A stretch of DNA of 64,000 nt from Thermodesulfobacteriota bacterium (GTDB lineage Bacteria; Desulfobacterota; Desulfomonilia; Desulfomonilales; Desulfomonilaceae): positions 43,836 through 107,835 of the forward strand of contig JBFLZC010000018.1 of NCBI GenBank assembly GCA_040756375.1, in the 5' to 3' direction. Positions 37,391 through 47,150 of the stretch are shown here, in pieces. Under the pieces are notes generated by a model, which saw nothing but the letters and a program-made list of their open reading frames with translations, was not told the DNA's origin and ran no database searches. Numbering within the stretch: the first letter of the stretch is position 1; the number at the start of each line of letters is the position of its first letter. The position numbers were made by a program, and so were the translations under genes.

Positions 37391-38358
37391 CTTTGATCTC
37401 TATCCCTTCCCGCAAGGAACAGAAAAATCGCGAGGGACGCAAAGGTGATCCCCGCGAAAGCCAACTTAACCCATGCAGGCAGCGGTGAAGGCGAAAGGAA
37501 CGCCTCTATCAGCCCTGCAATTACCAGGAGCGGCACGCACCCCAGGGCAAGCCGAATCGCGACGCGGCCGCGCATGGAGAGAAATTCCAGCCGCTTGTAC
37601 GGCCCGGGATCAACGAGCGCATGACCGATAACCAATCCCGCAGCTCCGGAAATGAAGATGGCAGACAACTCCAGTACACCGTGGGGCAAGACGAACGACC
37701 AGAATTGCAGAGCTAGATTGTGCTCATGGCACAGCGCTGCCGCAGTGCCCAGCACAAGCCCATTGAGAGCCAGAAGATAACAAGTTCCTACCCCGAAGGT
37801 GATCCCCGCGGCCACCGCCAGAAGAGTCACTGACAGGTTGTGCGTCATGAGGCGGCTGGAGGCCATGGGGGCAACTGAATAGATATCATTGAACCAGACG
37901 TTGCCCCGCTCGACCCGATGAATGATCCGCTCGGGCATGACCAGCTCGGTGAATCCCGGATCGGTTGACCCGAGTAAGAATCCACCGAGCCCGCATAGCA
38001 TGAACAGCGCTGCCGACAGAGCGACAAATCCTGACAATTCCCGGAAAGTCTTCGGGAAGTCTTCCACAAAAAAACGGAGAATGGATCGGAATTCCAGGCT
38101 TTTTTTCCGGTAGATCGCGCCGTGAACCCTGATTACCAATCCGTTGAGGTACTCGGTGATCTCGCGGTCTGCCTCTCCCGCGAGCTTGGAGGAGTTGAGC
38201 GTGGAAAGGTCAGAGATAGCAGCCGTGTATAGCCTGCCAAGCTCCCATAGCTCGTCGCGGCTCAGTTTAGGTGTCGCGCCGGGCTTGAACTTGACCAAGA
38301 TCCGTTCAAGTAGTTGCCAATCTTCTTTGCGCTGTTCAACAAACTCGTTTATATTCAT
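37360..38358 (-). CDS. SpoIIM-like / DUF95 family integral membrane protein.
   Basis: A hydrophilic N-terminus is followed by 5-6 TM helices. The pattern is similar to stage II sporulation protein M family members found in non-sporeformers. It overlaps the downstream gene by 31 nt. Confidence 0.5.
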   Translation of the reverse strand: MNINEFVEQRKEDWQLLERILVKFKPGATPKLSRDELWELGRLYTAAISDLSTLNSSKLAGEADREITEYLNGLVIRVHGAIYRKKSLEFRSILRFFVEDFPKTFRELSGFVALSAALFMLCGLGGFLLGSTDPGFTELVMPERIIHRVERGNVWFNDIYSVAPMASSRLMTHNLSVTLLAVAAGITFGVGTCYLLALNGLVLGTAAALCHEHNLALQFWSFVLPHGVLELSAIFISGAAGLVIGHALVDPGPYKRLEFLSMRGRVAIRLALGCVPLLVIAGLIEAFLSPSPLPAWVKLAFAGITFASLAIFLFLAGRDRDQRWNTSANIQR

Positions 38359-38417
38359 TTGAACCCAACGTGTAGCAGCACAGCTCTCTTAAATCATATC
38401 ACGCGCCGCGTCGTGCC

Positions 38418-39221
38418 ATGGAAAAAAACGGGCCGTCGGTCTCCATCGAGACAGCCGATCATTTCGAGCTCAGGTTTCGTATAGCGGGCATCGGCAGTCG
38501 CTTCCTTGCATTTCTCATCGACCGAACCATTCAGGTCGGCGTACTGGTCGCGCTCTTCTTTCTCATGCTCCTGATTCTCCTTACCGGGAGCGGATTCGCA
38601 TTGTTCGGCGAACGCCTTGTTCGCCTGGTCGAACCACTGGGCCAGTGGGTGATCGCGTTGTTAATCCTGGCCGAAGGGGTGGTATCCATCGGTTACTTTC
38701 TCCTCTTTGAGTATTTGTGGAATGGTTCCACTCCTGGCAAGCGCGTGGTGAAAATTCGGGTCATACGAAATGACGGTCGGCCGATTTCATTCATAGATTC
38801 CGCGCTGAGGAACGTGTTAAGGTTTGTGGACCTGATCGGAGGGGTGTATCCGGTGGGGCTGGTCGCGATGTTTATCGATTCCCGGAACCGCCGACTTGGC
38901 GATCTTGCCGCGGGGACTCTGGTAGTTGAGGACGCGGGCGGGAAAGCCCCGCTGTTTATTAAGAACCAGCCGCGGGTCCACCAGAGTGACCAGCTCCTTA
39001 AGCAAGCCGTAGCGGAGATGTCGGGGGAAGACTACGACCTCCTGAGCAGGTTCCTCGAGAGGCGAAACGAAATGGACTCCGAGCGACGCAAGGAGCTGGC
39101 CTGGGAGATCTATGTCAGGATCTTCAATCAACCTGGGCACCGACCTGCGACCGACGGAGATCTGGAAAAGGCGCTCGACACAATCGCAAACCTCTACCGG
39201 GAGACCACACGGATTTTGTAG
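38418..39221 (+). CDS. RDD family membrane protein with a C-terminal cytoplasmic extension.
   Basis: The RDD signature region is FLAFLIDRTIQ... with 2-3 TM. Confidence 0.6.
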   Translation: MEKNGPSVSIETADHFELRFRIAGIGSRFLAFLIDRTIQVGVLVALFFLMLLILLTGSGFALFGERLVRLVEPLGQWVIALLILAEGVVSIGYFLLFEYLWNGSTPGKRVVKIRVIRNDGRPISFIDSALRNVLRFVDLIGGVYPVGLVAMFIDSRNRRLGDLAAGTLVVEDAGGKAPLFIKNQPRVHQSDQLLKQAVAEMSGEDYDLLSRFLERRNEMDSERRKELAWEIYVRIFNQPGHRPATDGDLEKALDTIANLYRETTRIL

Positions 39222-39239
39222 CGGGGGAAAGGTTCCGTC

Positions 39240-40571
39240 ATGCCTCAGAACAACGCTGAATCAACCCATGCGGTGGTAATCGTCGGAATTCGAGATGAAG
39301 CGTCTCAGGCTCCTGTGGCAAGGGCTGTGGCACAGGTGGCCAAGAATGCCTCGCTCGAACAAATAGAAAAGAGAATCAAAACCCTGCCTTGGACCCTCAC
39401 GAAAAGCGCTAACAGTAGCACGGCGGCAAGGTTGGTCAAACTGTTGGAAGAGGCCGGCGCGGTGGTGCGCGTGGATCCGCCGCTTGAAGAGCCCGTTGTG
39501 GCCCGTGAAGCTCAGCCTGATGTTGAGCGCGCCCCGCGTGCCGCGGTTGAGCCTTCGGCTCCACAACCGATTGCACCGGGATCGGGACCGGGAATTGCCG
39601 CAGAGCGGCCACAAGAGGACTCGTGGGTTGTTTCTGCTGAGGCTCTGGAAATCGGTCCGCTCACGTTGGGCGGGATTCTGGATCGCACGTTTCAGATATG
39701 CAAGAACCACTTCTGGAAGCTTATCGGGATCTTGGTGGTTCCCTGGCTCGTGATTGCGCTGCTTTCGATGATCGTAGCCCTGGGTTTCGGCATGTTTTGG
39801 TTAGCCGGCTCATTTGCCGGAGCGGGGACGGAGTTCCCTTGGCTTTTGCTTATTCCCGCTCTGGGAGCTGCTGTGGTCGTGATCATCGTAGCGATTGCGG
39901 TTTTTTATCTCTCTCAAGGCGCACTCATCTACGCGGTTTCCGCCATCTACCTGGGTCGTCCATTCCAGGTTTTGTCCTCCTATCGCCTTGTTTTGGATAA
40001 ACTTGTCCGCTTCATTTTCACATCTGCCTTGTGTGCGTTTTTTGCGACAATGTTGGTCGTTGTCCCCATTCTGGTAGGGGTGGTACTGTTTTTTGTTTCC
40101 AAAGGCCTCTTTGGATCGGGATGGTGGTCGGCTCTGACGTGGATTCCGCTGGCTATCGTCCCGACATACGCGATACCCAAACTGCTTCTTTTCGACAAAG
40201 TGGTGGTATTGGAGGACAAGGCTTACTTTCAAGCCCTGAACAGGAGCTGGAACCTCATGACCGGAAAGGCCGACAGCCCTTGGCCTGCCGGGTACTGGTT
40301 GCGGTTCGTTATTCTGATGCACCTCTTCGTGTTTATTAATATTGCTATTTCTCTGCTCTTTTCGGTGCCCGCGACGATATTCCAGTTTTTGGTTCCCGAG
40401 TCCCTCACCACGGTGGCCAGGGTAGTGTCTCAGATCATGAGCAACGCCGGAAGCTTGATTGCCAGCCTTTTCGGATCTGTGGGCGTGGTGGTATTTTACT
40501 ACGACATCCGAAACCGCAAAGAGGGCTTTGATCTCAGTATGTTGGCTGCCGCGAGTGAACCGAGGCGCTGA
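39240..40571 (+). CDS. Multi-TM membrane protein with an N-terminal ribosomal L7/L12 C-terminal-domain-like module and a Pro-rich linker.
   Basis: The N-terminus VVIVGIRDEA...KNASLEQIEKRIKTLPWTLTKSANSSTAARLVKLLEEAGAVVRV resembles the L7/L12 CTD fold. A PxxP-rich linker and about 7 TM follow. Confidence 0.5.
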   Translation: MPQNNAESTHAVVIVGIRDEASQAPVARAVAQVAKNASLEQIEKRIKTLPWTLTKSANSSTAARLVKLLEEAGAVVRVDPPLEEPVVAREAQPDVERAPRAAVEPSAPQPIAPGSGPGIAAERPQEDSWVVSAEALEIGPLTLGGILDRTFQICKNHFWKLIGILVVPWLVIALLSMIVALGFGMFWLAGSFAGAGTEFPWLLLIPALGAAVVVIIVAIAVFYLSQGALIYAVSAIYLGRPFQVLSSYRLVLDKLVRFIFTSALCAFFATMLVVVPILVGVVLFFVSKGLFGSGWWSALTWIPLAIVPTYAIPKLLLFDKVVVLEDKAYFQALNRSWNLMTGKADSPWPAGYWLRFVILMHLFVFINIAISLLFSVPATIFQFLVPESLTTVARVVSQIMSNAGSLIASLFGSVGVVVFYYDIRNRKEGFDLSMLAAASEPRR

Positions 40572-40700
40572 GACGGAATTGCTCCAACATCTTTCGCTTT
40601 GAGCTGGAATCAATAGAACCCGTACGGATTGATGCGGTCTTAGTTCTCAGGGGTTGAGCGATAATAATATGCCCATCGGGCCGCTGGAAAGGAGAAATTT

Positions 40701-41009
40701 ATGAGTAAACACACTGAAATGTCTGAGCTTCTGAAACGCAAATTCGATCCGGTGTCGGACTACCGCCCTGTCGGACCCGGGTCGGAGAAGGGTTCCAAGC
40801 TCAAGTCCGCGGTTTCGGACACCCTCGAAGAGGCTCATAAGATCAAAGAGTATGTTGAGAAAGCCATCGAACCCTTTGCCGACGATGCCAAAGTGCGGAT
40901 CAGAGAGGCTTCTGCGGCATTGGTAGATGTTGCGGGCAAGTCCTCGAAAGAGGCGCGCAAGGTGCTGGCAAAGACTCTCAAGGGGCTGGCAAAGAAAATA
41001 GAGCCTTAG
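40701..41009 (+). CDS. Hypothetical small charged protein (102 aa).
   Basis: An RBS (GGAAAGGAGAAAT) is followed by ATG. The composition is Lys/Glu-rich and no family was recognised. Confidence 0.45.
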   Translation: MSKHTEMSELLKRKFDPVSDYRPVGPGSEKGSKLKSAVSDTLEEAHKIKEYVEKAIEPFADDAKVRIREASAALVDVAGKSSKEARKVLAKTLKGLAKKIEP

Positions 41010-41357
41010 AAGGCCCACCCATGGGGTCGCGATGGCGAGATAAGCCGTCGCGCCCTGCGGGATACTGGTTCACGAGAGTATCATTTGGGGATTTCCCGAG
41101 CTGCAGAGTAGCGCTTATTGTCCCTCTTCTCAAATGCGCAGCCTTATATGCGCACGCCTTGCCGGATTCCCCGGGACGGGCTACCCGTCGTCGTCTGCCC
41201 TTACTTGCACTTTGGGCAGGATGTGCTGAGCGAAATGAACTCCATCGCCCTGGAAAAAGATGGGATTCCAGTGTAACACGGGACAGTTCAAATTGGTAAC
41301 AGCGCCCTATGTGCGCTGATGCATTTCAATTCCGCGTTTTATCTCATCTAATACATC

Positions 41358-41386
41358 TTGACCGTGCATACTCTTGTGCATATAAT
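41358..41386 (+). promoter_or_regulatory. Near-consensus sigma70 promoter TTGACC-17-TATAAT, with a direct repeat GTGCATA in the spacer, ending 6 nt before the brnT ATG.
   Basis: Read directly from the sequence. The ATG at 41393 sits at about the expected +1, suggesting a leaderless mRNA. Confidence 0.5.
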
Positions 41387-41392
41387 TCCAGC

Positions 41393-41671
41393 ATGGAAAT
41401 CGTTTGGGACCTCGACAAGGCTGCGACCAATCCTAAGAGACACGAGGGTGTAACCTTTGAAGAGGCCAAGCAGGTCCTCTTTGATCCTTTTGCGCTAACG
41501 CACGAAGACCATCATGCGGAGAAAGAACAACGTTTCGTTACGCTGGGCATGGGCCAAAAGGGACGAATCCTGGTGGTAGTGTATACTTATAGGGAAGAAA
41601 CCATAAGATTAATCTCAGCTTGGAAGGCCAACGAGCTGCAACGGAGGCAATATGAGGAGCAGTTCCGATAG
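41393..41671 (+). CDS. brnT: BrnT-like toxin (DUF497), second copy.
   Basis: The translation MEIVWDLDKAATNPKRHEGVTFEEA...RFVTLGMGQKGRILVVVYTYREETIRLISAWKA is about 40% identical to the first BrnT at 11155..11427. Confidence 0.7.
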   Translation: MEIVWDLDKAATNPKRHEGVTFEEAKQVLFDPFALTHEDHHAEKEQRFVTLGMGQKGRILVVVYTYREETIRLISAWKANELQRRQYEEQFR

Positions 41672-41990
41672 AGTATTTAAGAAATTCAAGGACCTCGATT
41701 TTACAGATGCGAAATCTGTTGCCGAAACGCCGCATTTGGCTAAATTGCAGGCCCAATCCGGTCAGAAGACACGGATCACCATGCGGATTGACAACGAAGT
41801 GCTCGCTGTCTTTAAAGCTCGTGCGGCAAAGGTTGGCGGCAACTACCAAACCATGATGAATGACGCGCTTAGGCAGTTCGCCCACGGCCTTACACTCTCT
41901 GATATGGTACGCAAGGCGGTACGTGAAGGGCTGCATAGGTATTTAACCAAGGATGTGACGCGGACCACACGTAAACCGGCCAGCGGGTAG
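41652..41990 (+). CDS. brnA: BrnA-like antitoxin, second copy.
   Basis: The translation ..RITMRIDNEVLAVFKARAAKVGGNYQTMMNDALRQ parallels the first BrnA. It overlaps brnT by 20 nt. Confidence 0.7.
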   Translation: MRSSSDRVFKKFKDLDFTDAKSVAETPHLAKLQAQSGQKTRITMRIDNEVLAVFKARAAKVGGNYQTMMNDALRQFAHGLTLSDMVRKAVREGLHRYLTKDVTRTTRKPASG

Positions 41991-42226
41991 CCACGTCTTT
42001 TCTGTCAACTGCCCGAAGGGCGATTTTCATCTCGTTCGAGGGTTTCAGTCTGAAAATTCGTCTCGTCTGGGCGCTGCCGAACATTCCGCGTCCTCGAGCT
42101 GCTTAGTGCAAGCATGAAAGCCTTAGAGGAAACGGAGCCTGTCCCTGGCTTGAACAGGCAAGCTTGCTTGACACCAATGGCCTCAGAATGCTAATGATAC
42201 AGATACGTTAATCGAGGTAATCGTCC

Positions 42227-43732
42227 ATGCCAGAGAACAATTCGAAGGGACTCCGCGAGGTCTTGAAAGAGTTCGTAATCTCCCGAACTTCCGTGGTTTA
42301 TCTTCTGACCGAAGAGGAGCGACGCGTTGAGTTGGAGATTAGGGCGCTCAGTCAGGCCTTCAAGCCTGCGTTCAGAGTGTACGTGTGGTCGTGTACCACC
42401 GGTGTGACGGCCGAGGACTCCGCAGTGGTGCCTAACCCATCCATTATGGAGGCCCTGGACTGGTTCATGGGGATCAATGAGGCCGCGTTCCTAGTGGTAA
42501 ACGATATACATGTCTTCCTGAGAGATAACCCGCCCGTAATTCGTAAGTTCAAGGACACTATTAAGAAAATCGAGAACACCTACAAGACGATCTTTCTCAT
42601 CTCACCATTCATGGAGATTCCGCCGGAGATGGCCAATGAGGTGGTGCTGGTGGATGTGCCCCTGCCTCAGGCCGATGAAGTGGAAAAGCTCCTCTTTCAG
42701 GTGATATCACGCGAGAAGAACGGCGAGGGCTTGCGGCAAACACTTGCGGACGACATTCGGGATCAAATGGTGAAATTGGGAGCAGGCTTGACCAGCCAGC
42801 AACTAATTCAAGCCGTTCGGAAAGCCATAGCGGGAAAATCGGCCATTACAGCCAGAGAAGTGGATCTGCTCCTTGACGAGAAGAAGCAGATTGTCAAGAA
42901 GAGCGGCCTGCTGGAGCTGATCATCCAGGCTCAAGGTTTTGCGGATCTTGGCGGTTTTTCCACCCTCAAGAAATGGCTTGAACTGCGCAAGGATATCTTC
43001 TCCAAGCGGGCCAGAGAATACGGCCTCAGTATGCCCAAGGGAGTCCTATTGATGGGCATAAGCGGCTGTGGGAAGAGTCTCTGCGTCAAGGCCATCGCGG
43101 ACTTCTGGAAGCTCCCCCTCTTACGACTGGATATGGGGCGCTTGTACGACGGATTGCAGGGAACGCCGGAAGAGTGTTTCCGAAAAGTGATCAAAACCGC
43201 GGAGGCGTCTGCCCCGTGCGTACTGTGGATCGACGAGATCGAAGCAGGGATCGCGAATGCAGGCCAGAAGAGCCTGGGAGGGGCAGCTTCCCGAGTGCTT
43301 GCCAATTTCCTTACCTGGATGCAGGAGAAGACCTCCCCGGTCTTTATCGGCGCGACCGCGAACCAGATCGAGCTGCTTCCGCCGGAAATCCTGCGAAAAG
43401 GCCGTTTTGACGAGCTTTTCTACGTGGAGCTACCTTCGGACGTAGAGCGTGAAGAGATCATTCGAATCCATCTGGCCAGAAAGAATGTCACTCCTCAAGG
43501 TTGGAGGTTTGATAACCTGCGCAAGATCACGGAAGGTTTCAACGGCGCAGAAATCGAACAGGGCGTGATCGGCGCGGTCTTCAGGGCTTTTACCGAACGC
43601 CGCCCCGTAAACGAGAGGGATCTCTACATTGCGATGGAGAGCATGGTGCCGCTCTCCACCACCATGCAGGAACAGATTAAGCAGCTCGAACGGTGGGCTC
43701 ATAATCGCGCGCTCAAGGCAGGCGGCCCCTAA
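42227..43732 (+). CDS. Standalone AAA+ ATPase (classic AAA clade) with a degenerate N-terminal AAA-like domain.
   Basis: Walker A is GISGCGKS and Walker B is VLWIDEIE. The SRH region with Arg fingers is GRFDELFYVELP. No protease or other effector domain is present. Confidence 0.75.
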   Translation: MPENNSKGLREVLKEFVISRTSVVYLLTEEERRVELEIRALSQAFKPAFRVYVWSCTTGVTAEDSAVVPNPSIMEALDWFMGINEAAFLVVNDIHVFLRDNPPVIRKFKDTIKKIENTYKTIFLISPFMEIPPEMANEVVLVDVPLPQADEVEKLLFQVISREKNGEGLRQTLADDIRDQMVKLGAGLTSQQLIQAVRKAIAGKSAITAREVDLLLDEKKQIVKKSGLLELIIQAQGFADLGGFSTLKKWLELRKDIFSKRAREYGLSMPKGVLLMGISGCGKSLCVKAIADFWKLPLLRLDMGRLYDGLQGTPEECFRKVIKTAEASAPCVLWIDEIEAGIANAGQKSLGGAASRVLANFLTWMQEKTSPVFIGATANQIELLPPEILRKGRFDELFYVELPSDVEREEIIRIHLARKNVTPQGWRFDNLRKITEGFNGAEIEQGVIGAVFRAFTERRPVNERDLYIAMESMVPLSTTMQEQIKQLERWAHNRALKAGGP

Positions 43733-43843
43733 TTCGGAGGTGATCGCCGATTCACCCGTTATTGCAGCCTATCAGGCGATGGTAACTCCGGGCATCCTCC
43801 CTATTTAAACTTTCTATGTTTCCTTGTAATACTTTTTCATTCA

Positions 43844-44854
43844 TCAGGAGTCCCTTTTGCTTTTGAATGAAAAGAAGCCGGGCATAAGCCTTTCAAATTG
43901 AACTTTATCAAAACCAGCTTCTTTAAGTTGATCGCACATTTGTTCCGGATATGGCAAAGAGCCGCAACCATCCGTCATTGAAGCCCAGAGATTCATCAAT
44001 TGAATAGAAGGACTATTTTCTGGACACAAAGTCGTTAGGATCAATTGACCACCAGGATTTAACAACCCGCTAAGATGGCGAAGCAAATCGATTCTTTCAT
44101 CTACGGAAAAATAATAGATAAGATTGTAAAAAGTGACTATATCAAACTTCTTGTCGCACTTGTAATTCCGTATATCAACTCGCTCAATTGAGACTCGATG
44201 TTCTAATTGCCACTTAACGGTGTTCTCTCTGGCAAGGTCTGCTACTTCCTTTTGTAGCTCTACACCTATTACAGTCAGGTGGGGATTTCGATCACATGCC
44301 CGTTTGATATAGACTCCGGATCCGCAACCGACTTCCAATAAGTGGCATGGACCGTTTCGGGGAATTATACTATCTACAATGTCAATCAAGACCGGTTCGA
44401 CCGTTCGCGAAGAGCGAGCAAACAATTCACCATAAGATTGGCTAAATTCGAATTGCCTATTTGCCTTAAGAAAAGAGGGCGTTTTGATAATGTAGTTGTA
44501 GAAGATTTCAACACGGGCCTGCAAGAAAGCTTTCCACGCGTCATTTGAAGTTCTCGACAACTCCTTTGAAAATGCGCTCTTAATACGGTAGCCCGCGCTG
44601 CTTTTTGCAAGTTCACCAAGCGAAACGCCCAAATCAAGCCATGCCTCAAGGCCTTCCTGGTTAAATTCCGATCCGATGGCTTTCTGAATATCCTTACAGC
44701 TTGCCGGGCCGTCCGACAACGCATCATATATGCCTTCGGAAATGGCTGTTGAAACAAAAGCCGCACGATAAAATTCATTTGTTGTTTTATTTATACGACA
44801 CATCAATGAAACTGAATTCTTCAGAAAGAAATTTATTAGAGTTTTGATTGCCAT
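43844..44854 (-). CDS. Class I SAM-dependent O-methyltransferase (small-molecule OMT-like, with an N-terminal dimerisation region), located in a low-GC islet.
   Basis: The SAM motif I is LEVGCGSGVY. The local GC content is clearly lower than the surroundings. Confidence 0.7.
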   Translation of the reverse strand: MAIKTLINFFLKNSVSLMCRINKTTNEFYRAAFVSTAISEGIYDALSDGPASCKDIQKAIGSEFNQEGLEAWLDLGVSLGELAKSSAGYRIKSAFSKELSRTSNDAWKAFLQARVEIFYNYIIKTPSFLKANRQFEFSQSYGELFARSSRTVEPVLIDIVDSIIPRNGPCHLLEVGCGSGVYIKRACDRNPHLTVIGVELQKEVADLARENTVKWQLEHRVSIERVDIRNYKCDKKFDIVTFYNLIYYFSVDERIDLLRHLSGLLNPGGQLILTTLCPENSPSIQLMNLWASMTDGCGSLPYPEQMCDQLKEAGFDKVQFERLMPGFFSFKSKRDS

Positions 44855-45033
44855 TCAACCCCCCGGTCCGTTTGTGGGAAATGGTCGCCCTGATGCGAAT
44901 CAGACAGGTGGATCAGAAGCAAGTGAAAACGTGGTTGGATAGGCGGTAGGACGTCTACCGCAGCTATATTGGGACTGGCAGCGGCCCTCGGCCCGGTGAG
45001 AGCAGTTAGGGCTTACCCGCTGAACTGTCATGA

Positions 45034-45486
45034 TCAAACTGCCTCATGGCTTCTGGTTAGTAAGACGGGAATCAAGAAGAGCAAACACACGAGAAACACA
45101 CTTACTAGCACGAAATGATTAGCACCTGGTATAAGTACAGGGTACTTCAGCTCAAACAGCGTTCGAACAAAATAGGTGATCCCCCCGCACAAAAAGAAGA
45201 CTCGGGCGGCTTGGTCGCCTGCCTTTAGTCTGCGGGAGAAGTACAGCGAGAGTATTCCGAAATTGAGTAAGAGAATACCTATGCATAACCAGAGCAGAAC
45301 CAACAGGTCCGATGCGTTGGCTGACAGACCCGCAAACTCCTTATGCTCGGCCATCTGATAGGCCAATGGAAAATGTCGGATGCCTTGGAAGATGACAATG
45401 CAGCCTCCCACAAAGGTAATCCAGCTTGCTACTGTCCTTCTCTTCATTATTAGGTCTTTACAGGAATTAAGTCGCGGTCTTGCCAT
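45034..45486 (-). CDS. Hypothetical small membrane protein (4 TM).
   Basis: Hydrophobic profile. The start is uncertain (45447, 45486 or 45540). Confidence 0.4.
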   Translation of the reverse strand: MARPRLNSCKDLIMKRRTVASWITFVGGCIVIFQGIRHFPLAYQMAEHKEFAGLSANASDLLVLLWLCIGILLLNFGILSLYFSRRLKAGDQAARVFFLCGGITYFVRTLFELKYPVLIPGANHFVLVSVFLVCLLFLIPVLLTRSHEAV

Positions 45487-46111
45487 TTTGAACCTCTTGG
45501 CACCCGTGAGGGACGGCGGGTAACCCTGGGTGACCTGCATAGGGTGCCCGCGAGCTGTCCCACGTGACCTGAAAGAGGCAAAACCGTCGTCATGTTGATG
45601 AAAAGCCCTTTCTGTCGTGTTTCTGAGCGTACCTCACTCTCAGTGCCCCCGTCAACGGCTTTTCCCACGCCGCTCGAATCCCGAACACAACGCGGTAGTA
45701 TCCAGCCAATGGGAAGGCTGCAGCCGCATGGAAGTACCACCTCCGGCCTTGATACGCGACTTTCGCGCCGACCTCGATTAGACCTTGATGAGCCATTCCA
45801 TCGACCGTTTGACCTCTTTACTCACGAGGTATAATTACTGGAGCATGTTCAGGAGGTGTTAGGCCAAAACCTCCATGAGCAACCGGGCCTGGTCGGCTGC
45901 GAATCCATGGCAACTGGTCTTGTCCCAGCGCAGCGTGTTCTTCCCCTCTTGGATCCCGTTCTCAACGTCGTCGCGTCCTCGCTTTCGCGAGACAGAGCTT
46001 TCACTGGAATGATGAGGGAGATTGCTTCGGGCTTGGCGCGCTCGCAATTGATAACTGTCGGCGGAGTCATGTTTTTTGGGGGGGCGAATCGCTATCAGAA
46101 GTCTCCTCGCT

Positions 46112-47143
46112 TCAAAGCGGAGGGAGATCCCGATGCGCAGCAATGGATGCGGTACCATGCGCTTCCAGAACGCCTCGGATGATTGCACGACTCATGCAAT
46201 CGGCTGCAGCCCTACCCACATCGTTCAGCGATTGAGCTGCTGGCGCCACGAAAAAGCCCGGTGTGTCAGGAAGCGGGCGCCGACCTGTTGCAAGGCAGAA
46301 TATGGTGTCCCCGTCGAACATCGTGTGAGCGGGTCTAATGGATCGAGCCAGGCCGTCGTGAGCCATCTGGGCAACTTTCTGGGCCTGTGCTTTGGTGAGA
46401 ATCGCGTTGGTTGCCACAACCCCGATAGTGGTATTTGAGGCCGGCGAAACCGTTGATGCAGGAGGTAATTTTACACCCAGTTTCCCACGCGAACCGAACT
46501 CGTTCTCCACTTCCAGGCGGATCTCCCACGCTAAGCCCGATTCGGGATCAATGACCGATCCCAGGGAGTTGACTGCCACCAGCGCGGCAACGGAGAGACC
46601 CGAGTCCAGTATTTCACTCGCCGTTCCTAGCCCTCCTTTAATCCCTCCGGCCACGGCGCCCGTGCCTGCGCCCACAGAACCGACGGGCACCGGCCCGGTC
46701 TGAGCCGATTCGCACGCCCGGATTCCCCATCCGGGCTCGATGCGCGGAATATAATCCTTTCCGCGTCCCAAATCGTAAAGGACGGCTGCCGGAACAATGG
46801 GCACCACGTGGTTCTGTTCCACCGGAAAGCCCCGGCCTTCTTTCTCAAGCCAGCGCACGACGCCATCAGCTACGGCCAATCCGAAAACAGACCCCCCACT
46901 AAGGACGACAGCCTGTACTTTCTCAACGAGGTTGATCGGATCGAGAAGGTCAGTCTCACGGGTTCCCGGGGCGGAACCTCGAACGTCCACACCCGCAATC
47001 GCTCCTTCCGGGCATAGGATGACGGTGGCGCCGCTGGCGGCTTCCAAAGAAGTGAAGTGGCCGACCATCAGGCCTTCAACGTCCGTCAGGCAATTGTTCT
47101 TTCCGACCTTTGTCACTTTGTGCCCCAGATGGAATCGTGACAC
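46112..47143 (-). CDS. Peptidase S58 (DmpA / L-aminopeptidase D-Ala-esterase/amidase family).
   Basis: The family pattern shows ..GSAPGTRETDLL... and the GS/T autoproteolysis region, over 343 aa. Confidence 0.7.
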   Translation of the reverse strand: MSRFHLGHKVTKVGKNNCLTDVEGLMVGHFTSLEAASGATVILCPEGAIAGVDVRGSAPGTRETDLLDPINLVEKVQAVVLSGGSVFGLAVADGVVRWLEKEGRGFPVEQNHVVPIVPAAVLYDLGRGKDYIPRIEPGWGIRACESAQTGPVPVGSVGAGTGAVAGGIKGGLGTASEILDSGLSVAALVAVNSLGSVIDPESGLAWEIRLEVENEFGSRGKLGVKLPPASTVSPASNTTIGVVATNAILTKAQAQKVAQMAHDGLARSIRPAHTMFDGDTIFCLATGRRPLPDTPGFFVAPAAQSLNDVGRAAADCMSRAIIRGVLEAHGTASIAAHRDLPPL

Positions 47144-47150
47144 TTGATCG

